Shown: one piece after another, positions 21,401 through 29,744 of the stretch
Layout: each line of letters begins with the position of its first letter
Numbering within the stretch: position 1 is the first letter of the stretch
Assembly: GCA_964446285.1 (NCBI GenBank)
Contig: CAYUNT010000003.1
Coordinates: 8-64,007, forward strand
Direction of reading: 5' to 3'
Length of the DNA: 64,000 bases
Source of the DNA: an uncultured Candidatus Sumerlaeota bacterium
GTDB lineage: Bacteria > Sumerlaeota > Sumerlaeia > SLMS01 > CAYUNT01
Program-made: the position numbers and the translations under genes
The notes under the pieces: generated by a model
What the model saw: only the letters and a program-made list of their open reading frames with translations
What the model was told of the DNA's origin: nothing
Databases searched by the model: none

Positions 21401-21935
21401 GCGTCGTGCTTTGCATCACTGTGTTGAGCGTCGTGGTGTCAAAGCCGGAATTCATAAGTGTCATAATGACTTTTACGCCATATCGGTCCGCCGCGCCGCC
21501 AGGCTTGAGTTCCGCCGCGCGGCTTGTCCATCCGGAAGTGCTGCTCAGGCCGCCGCTCGAGTTGAACGAAACAAATTCCGCGGCCACGTGCGTCAGGGCG
21601 TGCCAGGGATACTGCGCCGCCGGGTAATCATTTTGCGCGTATCCGAACACAACAAAGCGTTTGGTGTCGATCGAGGGCGACGCCGCGGACCGGACACGTC
21701 CCGCGCTGGAAGGAGCAGCCTCTGGCGCCGCTTCGGATTCCGGAAGGGCAGCCGGCGTTTCGGCGGGGGCAAGCGCCTGGGCGGCCTTTGCCTTTTCCAC
21801 CGCCTCCATCTGCTCGCGATGCTCCGAATAGGAGTCTGGCGGTTGCGCGTATGCCCAACTTGCATAGGCAAGCACTGCCATAAAAATTCCCCATCGAGCG
21901 GCCGCCCAACCGGCCTTGCGGCAAAGTTTTTTCAT
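18411..21935 (-). CDS. Large secreted multidomain protein: GH18-like hydrolase + jelly-roll/lamin-tail-like domains + C-terminal Ig domain
   Basis: Signal peptide, GH18 core (VFGY, GVNLDFE, KIVLALPSYG, GVGFWSL), LINEFRY...FVEIRG lamin-tail-like segment, I-set Ig (FQWNKD...DAGVYSVVVS). RBS GAGGA. Confidence 0.75.
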   Translation of the reverse strand: MKKLCRKAGWAAARWGIFMAVLAYASWAYAQPPDSYSEHREQMEAVEKAKAAQALAPAETPAALPESEAAPEAAPSSAGRVRSAASPSIDTKRFVVFGYAQNDYPAAQYPWHALTHVAAEFVSFNSSGGLSSTSGWTSRAAELKPGGAADRYGVKVIMTLMNSGFDTTTLNTVMQSTTLRQTLITNLKALIAQSGSSNCAGVNLDFEPAPFASATGAGITQFVGELKTAIAPLEVSIYLGPTYSSRYDLAQVAASVDFIDFSCYPWSGSWNSYAQAVAPQNRYQEQVDAFIANGCPPEKIVLALPSYGYAMVADTAAYGATKSSNIGSVGYVDMKFQTVLLNPPRERFYHSPSESVWFAVANGAQFNMYNYDDEDSLRVKMNAAKHWVGAENTGRRLGGVGFWSLMWMAGNPLGSFTSRDIETGASVSKTRTYPQIYQAVQELFAPPGVREYAIERWEEPSNFDARWRSPTEGSDGVGVVASGTSRAVVATPSGAGKPANSSYCMRLNFSFTATAGNQLFFGYEILGHNTYTTTPDRLSAKGFFDSTTKVLLDCYAASAYSGRTIRMILMDAKGQLEMGPPNSLATAGWRTLSWDLNEAGSATAYVTKFKQYNSGDGLLDTAGAGARDLAFIGVLIQGGGAAGAGSVYLDELRYTQANPGGREYLINEFRYAETGRHFVEIRGTAGAFPAGLEARVVEGAEGTISRTIPLGGYSIADAGGGAGYFVIAESAADGANLTIAADFLLAGIPSAIQLFDPTTQVLYDSVAYRTFGGLGGLDGPGDPIVTDNGPSWLGEAALGYDAANATYSFGRSPDGANSYINGADFALMTSTPGKANQGADALPESFDFETPPAGALQTYRAISLQNPADAGVPAMQGQGKAWRCVDTAGGGVIGMMGGPSLGADGSGYSASGFIYLPAAAEPAQAVAVGICGRQGSTFFTSSPAGSGHEGGYWLIYMNQNVTMNDGQANHPGAFDFIYATNDNQDAEISLLLGNATRQSLGAAEGAWAPFYLSINPGAPAPRRLIAALNNQIVYAGDVPEGGPLAGAFQVGFRENHTGSPTAREGAWIDNVRLDAPYNGIQITRPPENRVASVGARVEFSVETGSGLGQVSFQWNKDESPIEGATQATYAIDAAQLSDAGVYSVVVSDALTSVESEGAVLDVLGNASGRGLIAH

Positions 21936-22242
21936 GACATCCTCAAATTATATTTACGGAATATGTTCTGGGGATGCAACGCGGCTCGCCACATCGCCAT
22001 CCTATCAATAATAGAAGGTTCCAATTTCGCGAGGCAACCCAAACCCAATTGGGGAGCGTCCTGGCGCTCCGGATGGCGGAAGGCGCAGTTCCCCTTGCGA
22101 TCCACCGCAAGAGGTCCAACACTTTAGGCCGTGCGGGAATTCGGATACCGGATTCCGCTTTTGTGGCCGCCTGCAATGGAATCGCCGCCCATCGCCAGTT
22201 CCGCCGCGGCCTGATTTTATTTTTCCCCAATTTGCCTCACTT

Positions 22243-23076
22243 ATGCTAGCTAAACGCATTATTCCGTGTCTCGACGTCAAAGAAGGCCGCGTGGTCAAGG
22301 GGATCGAGTTTGTCAATCTCCGCGACGCGGGCGATCCAGTCGAATGCGCCCGCGCCTACGACCGCGCCGGGGCCGATGAACTGGTGTTTCTCGACATCAC
22401 CGCCTCGCACGAACGCCGCAAGATCATGATCGACGTCGTGCGCCGCACGGCCGAGCAGTGCTTTATGCCGCTTACTGTCGGCGGTGGGCTGCGCACAATC
22501 GACGACATTGACGCCATGTTGCGTGCGGGCGCGGATAAGGTGTCCATCAACACGCCGGCCGTGGATCATCCGGATTTTATCAACGAATCATCGCAGCGAT
22601 ACGGCGCGCAGTGCATCGTCGTGGCCATTGATGCCAAGCGGCGCTCGCTTCCCAAAGGTGTGCGCGCGAACCTTAGCCGCGCCGATCTTCGCACGCCCGA
22701 TCCGCTTGGGTGGGAGGTGTTCACGCACGGCGGGCGCACCCCGCGCGGGCTGGACGCGGTCGCATGGGCACGTGAGGCCCAGCAGCGCGGCGCGGGCGAA
22801 ATTCTCCTGACGTCGATGGACGCCGATGGCACGCTCAGCGGCTATGACATCGCCCTCACGCGCGCCATCGCCGAGGCGGTTTCGATTCCCGTTATTGCCA
22901 GCGGCGGAGCGGGGAATCTCGAGCACTTGGCCGAGGCCCTTACCGAAGGCAAAGCAGACGCCGCGCTGGCCGCCTCGATCTTTCACTTCGGCACATATTC
23001 CATTGCCGAAACCAAGGAATTCCTCGCCGCGCGCGGTGTTCCCGTGCGCCGCCTGCCGGAGGCCGTCCCAACATGA
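22243..23076 (+). CDS. hisF: Imidazole glycerol phosphate synthase cyclase subunit
   Basis: [51 protein letters not shown] motifs. Confidence 0.98.
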   Translation: MLAKRIIPCLDVKEGRVVKGIEFVNLRDAGDPVECARAYDRAGADELVFLDITASHERRKIMIDVVRRTAEQCFMPLTVGGGLRTIDDIDAMLRAGADKVSINTPAVDHPDFINESSQRYGAQCIVVAIDAKRRSLPKGVRANLSRADLRTPDPLGWEVFTHGGRTPRGLDAVAWAREAQQRGAGEILLTSMDADGTLSGYDIALTRAIAEAVSIPVIASGGAGNLEHLAEALTEGKADAALAASIFHFGTYSIAETKEFLAARGVPVRRLPEAVPT

Positions 23077-23855
23077 ATCCGGACCTGAGCGCCATGGACC
23101 CGCGAACCCGCCGCCTTATTAATGGCGTCATCTTCGTTATGGTTTTGGCCATTATCGCAGCGATCGCCATCGGCATAATTTCGCGCCGCCCCAAGGGAAT
23201 TACGTTCACCATTGCCTTCAAGGACGCGCGGGGCCTTGCGCTGGGCGCGCCGGTCATGCTTCAGGGATTTCGCGTGGGTGAAGTTACTCGCGTGGCCTTG
23301 GTGAAAGAAGGCAGCGGCGTCGAAGTGGACGCGGCCATCGCTCCCAATTATGTGGATCAGGTTCCTGCGCCGGAGTTTCTGACGGCGCGCATCAAGAAGC
23401 CTCTTCTGCTTCCGGGCGGGGGAGAGGTTGTGCTCATCCGGCTCAAGAACGCCAAAGGACAAATGCCCGATGGCGCGCGCATCGACGGCGTCGAGGGTCT
23501 GACGGGCGAGATGCGTTTCCGCGCGAAGGGCGCCATCAAGCGGGCCTACGCGAAAACCGCCGAGAAAACATCGGATACGATCGACCGATTCCGCACATGG
23601 TGGGCGGAAAAGCGCGACAAAAAACAAGGCGCTGGCAAAGCGCGCAAGGAACTCGATGCGTGGCTCAATGATCTGGAAAATCTCGACTATCCGCCCAAAC
23701 CTACCGAGATTCGCACGCTTCGCGCCCGGGGGGAGTTGCTGCAAAAGTCGTGGGAGGCCCAGAAACTCGATGAGGAAGCCCGCGAAATGGGCAAGATGCT
23801 CCAATCGCTCGAAGAATACGAAAAGGCAGCCGCTGACGAAGAAAAAGGCGGCTAG
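23073..23855 (+). CDS. MlaD/MCE-domain membrane-anchored protein with helical C-terminus
   Basis: N-terminal TM; F.DARGL..GAPV.L.G.RVGEVT MCE signature; ATGA overlap with the hisF stop. Confidence 0.75.
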   Translation: MNPDLSAMDPRTRRLINGVIFVMVLAIIAAIAIGIISRRPKGITFTIAFKDARGLALGAPVMLQGFRVGEVTRVALVKEGSGVEVDAAIAPNYVDQVPAPEFLTARIKKPLLLPGGGEVVLIRLKNAKGQMPDGARIDGVEGLTGEMRFRAKGAIKRAYAKTAEKTSDTIDRFRTWWAEKRDKKQGAGKARKELDAWLNDLENLDYPPKPTEIRTLRARGELLQKSWEAQKLDEEAREMGKMLQSLEEYEKAAADEEKGG

Positions 23856-23974
23856 GCATTTCTCGAAAATAATGGCGGATTCCTGGTTGCCCAATGCCAT
23901 GACAATGCCTCCATCCACAAGGGATTGGCGCTCATCAGAAGGCTTGGTTTGTGAGCCTTGAAAACCATGCATCA

Positions 23975-23997
23975 ATATTGGCTTAGGACGCCAATAT
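23975..23997. terminator. Hairpin between convergent genes (possible bidirectional terminator)
   Basis: ATATTGGC-TTAGGAC-GCCAATAT, perfect 8-bp stem. Confidence 0.4.
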
Positions 23998-24037
23998 CAA
24001 GAAACACTATCAAGAGGCCAGTTCAGAACAGGCGGAA

Positions 24038-25258
24038 TCAGGGTTTGGGCGAACTGCGAAAAATCATCGTCTGCATTGGCGGAACGTTTGCGCCGCGCAT
24101 CCAGACTTGCGCCGCGCGATCCAACTGTTCGGCGGGGATTTCCGAGGCCGCCAGGAATACGGGCGGATTCAGATTCAGCGCGGTTTCGTCGTCGAAACCC
24201 AGCGCCTTTTGCATCCAGGGCAGCGGCTCCGGATAGGTCTTGTTGCAGTGGCGCATCAGATCGTCGGCGGCCGTGGCGAATTTCTGAACGGTCTCGGGCG
24301 CGCTCTTGCCCAGCGCGGCGCGCACAACAGTGACTTGCATGGGAAATGGCGAGAAATTCGCGGCGGCCAGCGGCGCGGGATTGAGAACGCGGAAATTGCC
24401 TTTGGGTCCGATGCGGCGTGTGAGGCGGGCGTATTTCCATCCGGCGGCGAAGATCGCCTCCGGGCCGCCCGCTTCGCCTGGTTCCACCTCCATGCCCGCG
24501 GGGAACATGGCGATCTTGGGGGCCTGTGAGCCGCCCGCCGCGGCGCTTGCGGCGGCGCCCGCCGTGGCAAGATGCGCCACCATGACGCCCCAATCATCCC
24601 CCTCGACTCCCAGCGTCTTGTCCTTCAGGTCGTCCAGGGACTTGATGGCCGAATCCGCCCGAACCACAAATCCGCAAAGCGGCTGCGAGGTGGCTTCGGC
24701 GGCGAATTCCACGATCCGGAGCGTTCCGGGCGCGCGCATTTCGGCGGAAATCGCGTCGTGGAGATTGACACCAAACGCGGCTTCGCATTCGCCGCGTCCA
24801 AGCAGGAAAAGCGCCTCGCGCGATATGCGCACGGGATCGAGATACTCGACCTCGACGCCATGATCGCGAAACCATCCGGTCTTTTGATCGACATAGACCG
24901 GCATGGAAGCGATATTGGGAACATACGCGATGCGAATCAACCCGGCGCGGGCCGGAATGATTTTGCGAGGCGTGGGGCCTGTGGGTGAGGCGGCGGCGGC
25001 TGATGCGGCTGCCGCGGCGGCGGCTTCGGCCCGGCTGTTCCGCGGCGCGGCAGAGGCGGGAGTGGGCGTTTTGAGGCCCTGCCTGGCTGGAGGCGAAGTG
25101 GATGCCGGGATGGATTGCATCGAGGGGGTGGCGGTGGCTTCAGATGCAGGCGCGGTTGCCGCCTGCTTTTCTTCCTGGCAGGAGGCTAAAATTCCCAGAA
25201 TCATCAGGCATGCGAGAGTCCATCTAATAGGGCGGCATGGCAAAACGAATGCGGGCAT
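24038..25258 (-). CDS. ABC-type substrate-binding lipoprotein (SsuA/NMT1-like)
   Basis: Lipobox-like ILASC, Ala/Pro linker, IRIAY, G.FRDHGVEVEY, IKSLDDLKDKTLGV motifs. Confidence 0.75.
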   Translation of the reverse strand: MPAFVLPCRPIRWTLACLMILGILASCQEEKQAATAPASEATATPSMQSIPASTSPPARQGLKTPTPASAAPRNSRAEAAAAAAASAAAASPTGPTPRKIIPARAGLIRIAYVPNIASMPVYVDQKTGWFRDHGVEVEYLDPVRISREALFLLGRGECEAAFGVNLHDAISAEMRAPGTLRIVEFAAEATSQPLCGFVVRADSAIKSLDDLKDKTLGVEGDDWGVMVAHLATAGAAASAAAGGSQAPKIAMFPAGMEVEPGEAGGPEAIFAAGWKYARLTRRIGPKGNFRVLNPAPLAAANFSPFPMQVTVVRAALGKSAPETVQKFATAADDLMRHCNKTYPEPLPWMQKALGFDDETALNLNPPVFLAASEIPAEQLDRAAQVWMRGANVPPMQTMIFRSSPKP

Positions 25259-25267
25259 GATCTGCTC

Positions 25268-25846
25268 TCAATTCGGGCGCGGACCAGACGGCGGCGCCGG
25301 AGGAGTGCCGGAGGAATCCGGGGAATGCGTGGAATTCGGCGGGTGCAATTGGCGCGATTGGCCGGGCGCGGAGGATACCGCAGGCAATGGCGAGCTGCCG
25401 GGCGGGGGGGAATCTGCGGGGAATGCCAGGCCTTCGGGCGGCGGTTCAGCGTTGGTGAATTTCATGCGGTCGCCTCGAATCACCACGGTGGCGCGGCGGT
25501 AAAAACCAACTGTAATCAACGAAACCAAGACGTCGCCTGGCGTGGCGTGGACCTCGATCACTACGTTGCCGATCCCGTCCGCTCCTTCGAGGGCGCGCTG
25601 CATTCCCTTTTCCCAATCAGGATGATTGAGGGGAACGGCCCAGAAAATCCAATGTGCCTTCTCACGAATCGTAAAGTGGCTTGTGCGCGAGTTGGGAATG
25701 TATTGGCAGGCCACTCCCGGCGGAAGGCGGTCTTGCGGGGCAAACACCGTGCGCCCTCCCGCGCCAAGGTCCACGGTGATTCGGCTGCATCCGGCGGCGA
25801 TCAAGGCAGCGCCCAGCGCCAGGGCGCACGCGGAAATTGGACTCAT
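25268..25846 (-). CDS. Hypothetical lipoprotein (Bor/TRL-like core, Pro-rich tail)
   Basis: Lipobox LIAAGC; HWIFWAVP and SLITVGFY segments. The extension to 25882 is translated 9-mer repeat. Confidence 0.55.
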   Translation of the reverse strand: MSPISACALALGAALIAAGCSRITVDLGAGGRTVFAPQDRLPPGVACQYIPNSRTSHFTIREKAHWIFWAVPLNHPDWEKGMQRALEGADGIGNVVIEVHATPGDVLVSLITVGFYRRATVVIRGDRMKFTNAEPPPEGLAFPADSPPPGSSPLPAVSSAPGQSRQLHPPNSTHSPDSSGTPPAPPSGPRPN

Positions 25847-26031
25847 GGGACCTATGAGACTTATGGGACGAATAGGACTCATGGGAAGTTGCCTGGGGAG
25901 ACGCGCATTGCCGGGAAATCGGTTTGGCGTGAATTCTCACAAAAAGGTATAAAGGCACGAAGATGTTCCTTGTGCCTTTGCGCCTTTGTGTGAGGAATGC
26001 AATTCGTTCTCATCTGCAATCCACTCATTAT

Positions 26032-27066
26032 TCAACGCTGCATCTGACGGTCGAAACGTTCGATGCGGTTGGCGGCGCGCCGGAGCCAGTCGCCCGCGGA
26101 TACGGGATCGCCTGCCTCGAAATCGCCCGCTGCTCGTCGCAGGAAGAACTGCGCCTCTTTCAGATACTGCCGGCGGCGCGTTTTGCCCGCAAACGCATGA
26201 AGCCGCGTCTGATCGGAGATTTTCAAGCCCGCGGCATCGGGCGCGCAGCGGACAATAACGCGTTCGATGTCGATGGGAAAGTAGAAATGAAAGACCTCGC
26301 GGCGCGGCAGTTCGGCGCGGACAATCGCCGGCGGATCCAGATGAAAATCTGTTCGCGCGCCTTGGCGGTCCACCGCGCTGACCTCATACACAACCACATC
26401 GCCCCCAGTGGCGGAAATCGAGATGGCATTGACGCGTTCGATTGTGGATTTGGGGTTGAATTCGCGATTTCGCGGTTCATCGCCCCGGACGCGCTTGTCG
26501 TCGATGGGCGTCCAGGAATATCCCGCCAGCGTCGAGTGGCGCGAATCGAGAATCCGCATGTAGTCGTGAACCTGCGCGAGGATGCCCGCGATTTCCGAGG
26601 CGGAAGGTCCGGCGGCGGCAGGGTGAGCCTGGCGCGGGGCGGAGATCATCGCGAGAATCCACTGGAGGGCGCGCAGGCAATCTTCCGCGCAAAGAGGAGG
26701 CAAAAACTGGCCGGGTGACGAAGGAACCCGCGCCTCGCCAGGCATTTCCTCCAAAGGCATTTCCTCTGGCGGGATGTCGGCCGGACTGGATGCGCCTGGG
26801 GAGGGGGCTGGATTCGGCCTGGCAGGTATCTCGATGGGCGAGTCCTGAAGCGTGGCGGTTCCGGGCTTGTCCGGCATGTGAACCCCGGCCGCAATGGCAG
26901 GCATCGGGCTGGGCGATTCGGATGGAATTTGGCTTTGCGCGGCGATTTTAGATGCCGCCACAGCGAAAAACGCCACCAGGCAAAACGCTATCGCCGGGAA
27001 GGCGCACGCTTTTGGCATCAAGGAAGCAGGCACAGAATGAGACACGGCGGGAGAAGTCTTTTTCAT
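26032..27066 (-). CDS. Hypothetical exported protein
   Basis: Hydrophobic segment, Pro-rich linker, globular beta-rich C-terminal half. The upstream part of the 611-aa track ORF runs through REP repeats and the fprA gene, so it was trimmed. Confidence 0.55.
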   Translation of the reverse strand: MKKTSPAVSHSVPASLMPKACAFPAIAFCLVAFFAVAASKIAAQSQIPSESPSPMPAIAAGVHMPDKPGTATLQDSPIEIPARPNPAPSPGASSPADIPPEEMPLEEMPGEARVPSSPGQFLPPLCAEDCLRALQWILAMISAPRQAHPAAAGPSASEIAGILAQVHDYMRILDSRHSTLAGYSWTPIDDKRVRGDEPRNREFNPKSTIERVNAISISATGGDVVVYEVSAVDRQGARTDFHLDPPAIVRAELPRREVFHFYFPIDIERVIVRCAPDAAGLKISDQTRLHAFAGKTRRRQYLKEAQFFLRRAAGDFEAGDPVSAGDWLRRAANRIERFDRQMQR

Positions 27067-27270
27067 GGATTCTGGCAATTCAGGCTTTTCCGGCCCTGGA
27101 AAGATTCGCTTGGACAGCCGCGCCTGGATTTGAACGCAACGTCCCTGCGCAATCCGGCGTGTATCATGTCGAAGGAATGATCGGAAAGGCAAGCGCGGGT
27201 TGGGTTGTTCTCTGCACATCTGCGCCTTTGCGCCTCGGCGGCGGGTTGGTTCGGCGCTTGTGATAGAAGA

Positions 27271-27350
27271 CGCGAGTGCGGAGCCTCGCGATCCCAGCGT
27301 GCGATCCCAGTGTGCAATCCCGCCGCGGCCCAGCTCAGAACCTCGCGATC
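27271..27350 (+). repeat. REP-like 27-mer CGCGAGTGCGGAGCCTCGCGATCCCAG plus 13-mer sub-repeats
   Basis: 27-mer at 27271-27297 is identical to 28736-28762, 59201-59227 and (inverted) 28853-28879. Confidence 0.9.
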
Positions 27351-27395
27351 CCAGCGTGTGATCACGCGATGCGTGAAGCATCCGATTTCGGCAAT

Positions 27396-28580
27396 CTACG
27401 CGATTCCAATCGACTTGTGGCGGGCCAGAATCTCGTCCGCGAGGTGATCCAAGTGCCCGAAATCGGGATTCTGCGGCGCGCCCTTCACCATGACGGGCGG
27501 GATGACTTCCGCCTGCAATTGCCCGAGCGCGCCGGTCAGCTGTTCGACCGCCTTGCCGCCCCATCCAAACGAGGCAAGCACGGAGATGAATCGAGTTTTG
27601 GGCTTCAGCGCGTTGGCAAGGATGGCCGCATAGAGCGCCAGCGGATGCGCTCCTGTCAATACGGTCGGCGAGGCCACAACCACCGTGGCGGCGTCCACGA
27701 GCGCCATCGCGAGCCGTCCCGCATCCGCGCCCGTGAGTTCGAAAGGTTTCACGGTGATGCCGCGTTTCATCAGGGCGCTGGTGAACGCGCCAACCATGCG
27801 GGCGGTGCTGCCATGCATGGACACGTAAGGGAGCGCGACTTCGTTGCGCACAGTGTCCGACGCCCAATCGCGATAAGCGCCGATAATGTGTTCGGGCGCG
27901 CGGTGCAGGGGGCCGTGGCTTGGGGCGGCAATCGCCACGGGAATCGACTCCAGCTTTTCAAGATTGCGCTGAATCTGTTTGCGAAAGGGCATCATGATTT
28001 CCGCATAGTAGCGTTTTGCGGGTTCATAAACTGCGGAAAAATCGTCGGCGTAGAGGTCTGTGGTCGCCAGGTGCGAACCGAGAAAATCGCACGAGAAAAG
28101 CACGCGGTCCTCGCGCAGATAGGTGAACATCGTCTCGGGCCAGTGAACCCAGGGCGCAAAGATGAATTCGAGCGATTTTCCGCCTAGATCGAGCGTTTCG
28201 CGGTCCTGAATCACTTGAATCCGTTCGGGCGCGACGCCGAGCAGAATCTGAAGTTGCTCCTTGCACTTGGCGTTTGTGACGGCGGTGGCCATTGGGTAGC
28301 GGGCAAGAACGTCTGGCAGCGAACCGGAATGATCCTGCTCAGCGTGGTTCATGACGACATAATCCAGGCGATCGACGCCCGCCGCGGCAAGGTTGTCGAA
28401 AAGCGTCGTTTTGCACTCCGGCTCGACGGTGTCGATGAGCGCCGTTTTCTGCGCCCCGCGAACGAGATACGCATTGTAGCTGGTGCCTTCGGGCGTCGGG
28501 ATGAGCGCATCGAACAAACGGCGTCCGAAGTCGATGGCGCCAACCCATTTCACGCCTGGCACGATTTCCCGCGCGATCAT
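27396..28580 (-). CDS. fprA: Flavodiiron protein (FprA/A-type flavoprotein, beta-lactamase + flavodoxin domains)
   Basis: GTSYNAYL, HAEQDHSG (H-x-E-x-D-H), HWPETM, SCDFLGSH, PSHGP, YVSMHGST motifs. RBS GGGGGA before ATG 28580. Confidence 0.92.
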   Translation of the reverse strand: MIAREIVPGVKWVGAIDFGRRLFDALIPTPEGTSYNAYLVRGAQKTALIDTVEPECKTTLFDNLAAAGVDRLDYVVMNHAEQDHSGSLPDVLARYPMATAVTNAKCKEQLQILLGVAPERIQVIQDRETLDLGGKSLEFIFAPWVHWPETMFTYLREDRVLFSCDFLGSHLATTDLYADDFSAVYEPAKRYYAEIMMPFRKQIQRNLEKLESIPVAIAAPSHGPLHRAPEHIIGAYRDWASDTVRNEVALPYVSMHGSTARMVGAFTSALMKRGITVKPFELTGADAGRLAMALVDAATVVVASPTVLTGAHPLALYAAILANALKPKTRFISVLASFGWGGKAVEQLTGALGQLQAEVIPPVMVKGAPQNPDFGHLDHLADEILARHKSIGIA

Positions 28581-28735
28581 GGCATGTTCCCCCTGCGTTG
28601 TGCGAGTTGCGATAGATAAGAACGCCCGAATGAGCGGGATAAAACGCCGCGCCCCGCCTCTTTCGGCATGGACATGGTGGAAAGAGCGCGCGGCGGCGTC
28701 AATCCCTTGCATGGGCGCGCGGGACAAGGAAAAGA

Positions 28736-28879
28736 CGCGAGTGCGGAGCCTCGCGATCCCAGCGTGCGATCCCAGCGTGCGATCTCAGCGTGCGATCCCA
28801 GCGCGGCCCAATGCGGAGCCTAGCGATCCCAATACGTCCGGCGTGGCAGGCACTGGGATCGCGAGGCTCCGCACTCGCG
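28736..28879. repeat. Composite REP/BIME-like element: perfect 27-bp inverted repeats enclosing 13-bp tandem units
   Basis: Arms at 28736-28762 and 28853-28879; internal CGTGCGATCCCAG-type units x3. Confidence 0.9.
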
Positions 28880-29039
28880 ACTGGAATGCCTTGTTGTGCG
28901 AAAAGGCGTCTGGAAGAATGAAAATGTGCGTGGCCGAAACGAAAAAGGCGGTTGCGCGCGCCGCCGCGCCTTGGGATTGTGCCATCCGTTTGATTGCCAG
29001 GGCGCGCTGGCGAAAGGGCATTGGCCATCCCACCATTGG

Positions 29040-29104
29040 CTTATCCAAAAATTCTGGTGGCTTGGACGTCTCGTCCAAGAATCTCTTCCGAGTTTTTGGA
29101 CAAG
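29040..29104. repeat. Short inverted-repeat-bounded element containing REP hairpin variant
   Basis: CTTATCCAAAAA / TTTTTGGACAAG arms; internal GGTGGCTTGGACGTCTCGTCCAAG (29056-29079). Confidence 0.65.
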
Positions 29105-29139
29105 TTTATAATCCCCAAAAAATCAGGATGTATTGAGAT

Positions 29140-29643
29140 ATGGAGCGAACGCTGGTTTTAGTGAAACCCGACGGTGTGCGCAGGGGTCTTGCGGGCGAAA
29201 TTCTGGCGCGGCTTGAACGGGCCGGATTGAAAATTGTCGCGATGAAGATGGTGCGCGCGACGCGGCCCCAGGCGGAAAAGCATTATACCTACGAGGATAT
29301 TGCTGTGCGCCACGGCGAAGCGGTGCGCAACCAACTGCTCGATTACATCACGGCGGGACCGGTTGTGGCGGCGGTGTTCGAGGGCGATGCGTGCATCGAG
29401 GTGGTGCGCAAACTGGCGGGCGCGACGGAACCTCGCAAGGCTGCGCCCGGGACGATCCGCGGCGATTACTGCCACCACACTTTTGCGCTCGGCAATGCGG
29501 CGGGGAAGCCGGTCCACAATGTGATCCACGCCTCGGCGACCGTCGAAGACGCGGCGCGCGAAATTCCGATTTGGTTTGATGATGCGGAATTTCAAGCCTA
29601 CAAGCGCTCGGACGAAACGGAGCACCAGCTGGAGAAAAGCTAA
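29140..29643 (+). CDS. ndk: Nucleoside diphosphate kinase
   Basis: ERTLVLVKPDGVRRGL.GEI, GPVVA.V.EG, GAT.P..A.PGTIRGD, NVIHAS motifs. Confidence 0.95.
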   Translation: MERTLVLVKPDGVRRGLAGEILARLERAGLKIVAMKMVRATRPQAEKHYTYEDIAVRHGEAVRNQLLDYITAGPVVAAVFEGDACIEVVRKLAGATEPRKAAPGTIRGDYCHHTFALGNAAGKPVHNVIHASATVEDAAREIPIWFDDAEFQAYKRSDETEHQLEKS

Positions 29644-29656
29644 AAAAAGCATCTTG

Positions 29657-29738
29657 CCACAAAGGCACGAAGTCGCAAGGGAAAGAGAATTTCCTGCGAA
29701 GCAGGAAGCATAGGCTTTGTGTCTTTATGCCTTTGTGG
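29657..29738. repeat. Mirrored 8-mer (NCACAAAG/CTTTGTGN) palindrome with internal hairpin; likely bidirectional terminator between ndk and hypD
   Basis: Three 8-mers on each side; internal TTCCTGC-GAA-GCAGGAA at 29691-29707. Confidence 0.7.
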
Positions 29739-29744
29739 TTGTTG

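Noticed and set aside
27067-27867. N-terminal part of the 611-aa ORF 26032..27867
   Set aside because: Overlaps fprA on the same strand and translates the REP repeats (RDHTLGSRG); real start placed at 27066.
28736-28879. Possible CRISPR array from recurring 13-27-bp repeats
   Set aside because: Units are tandem or inverted without regular unique spacers; no cas genes.
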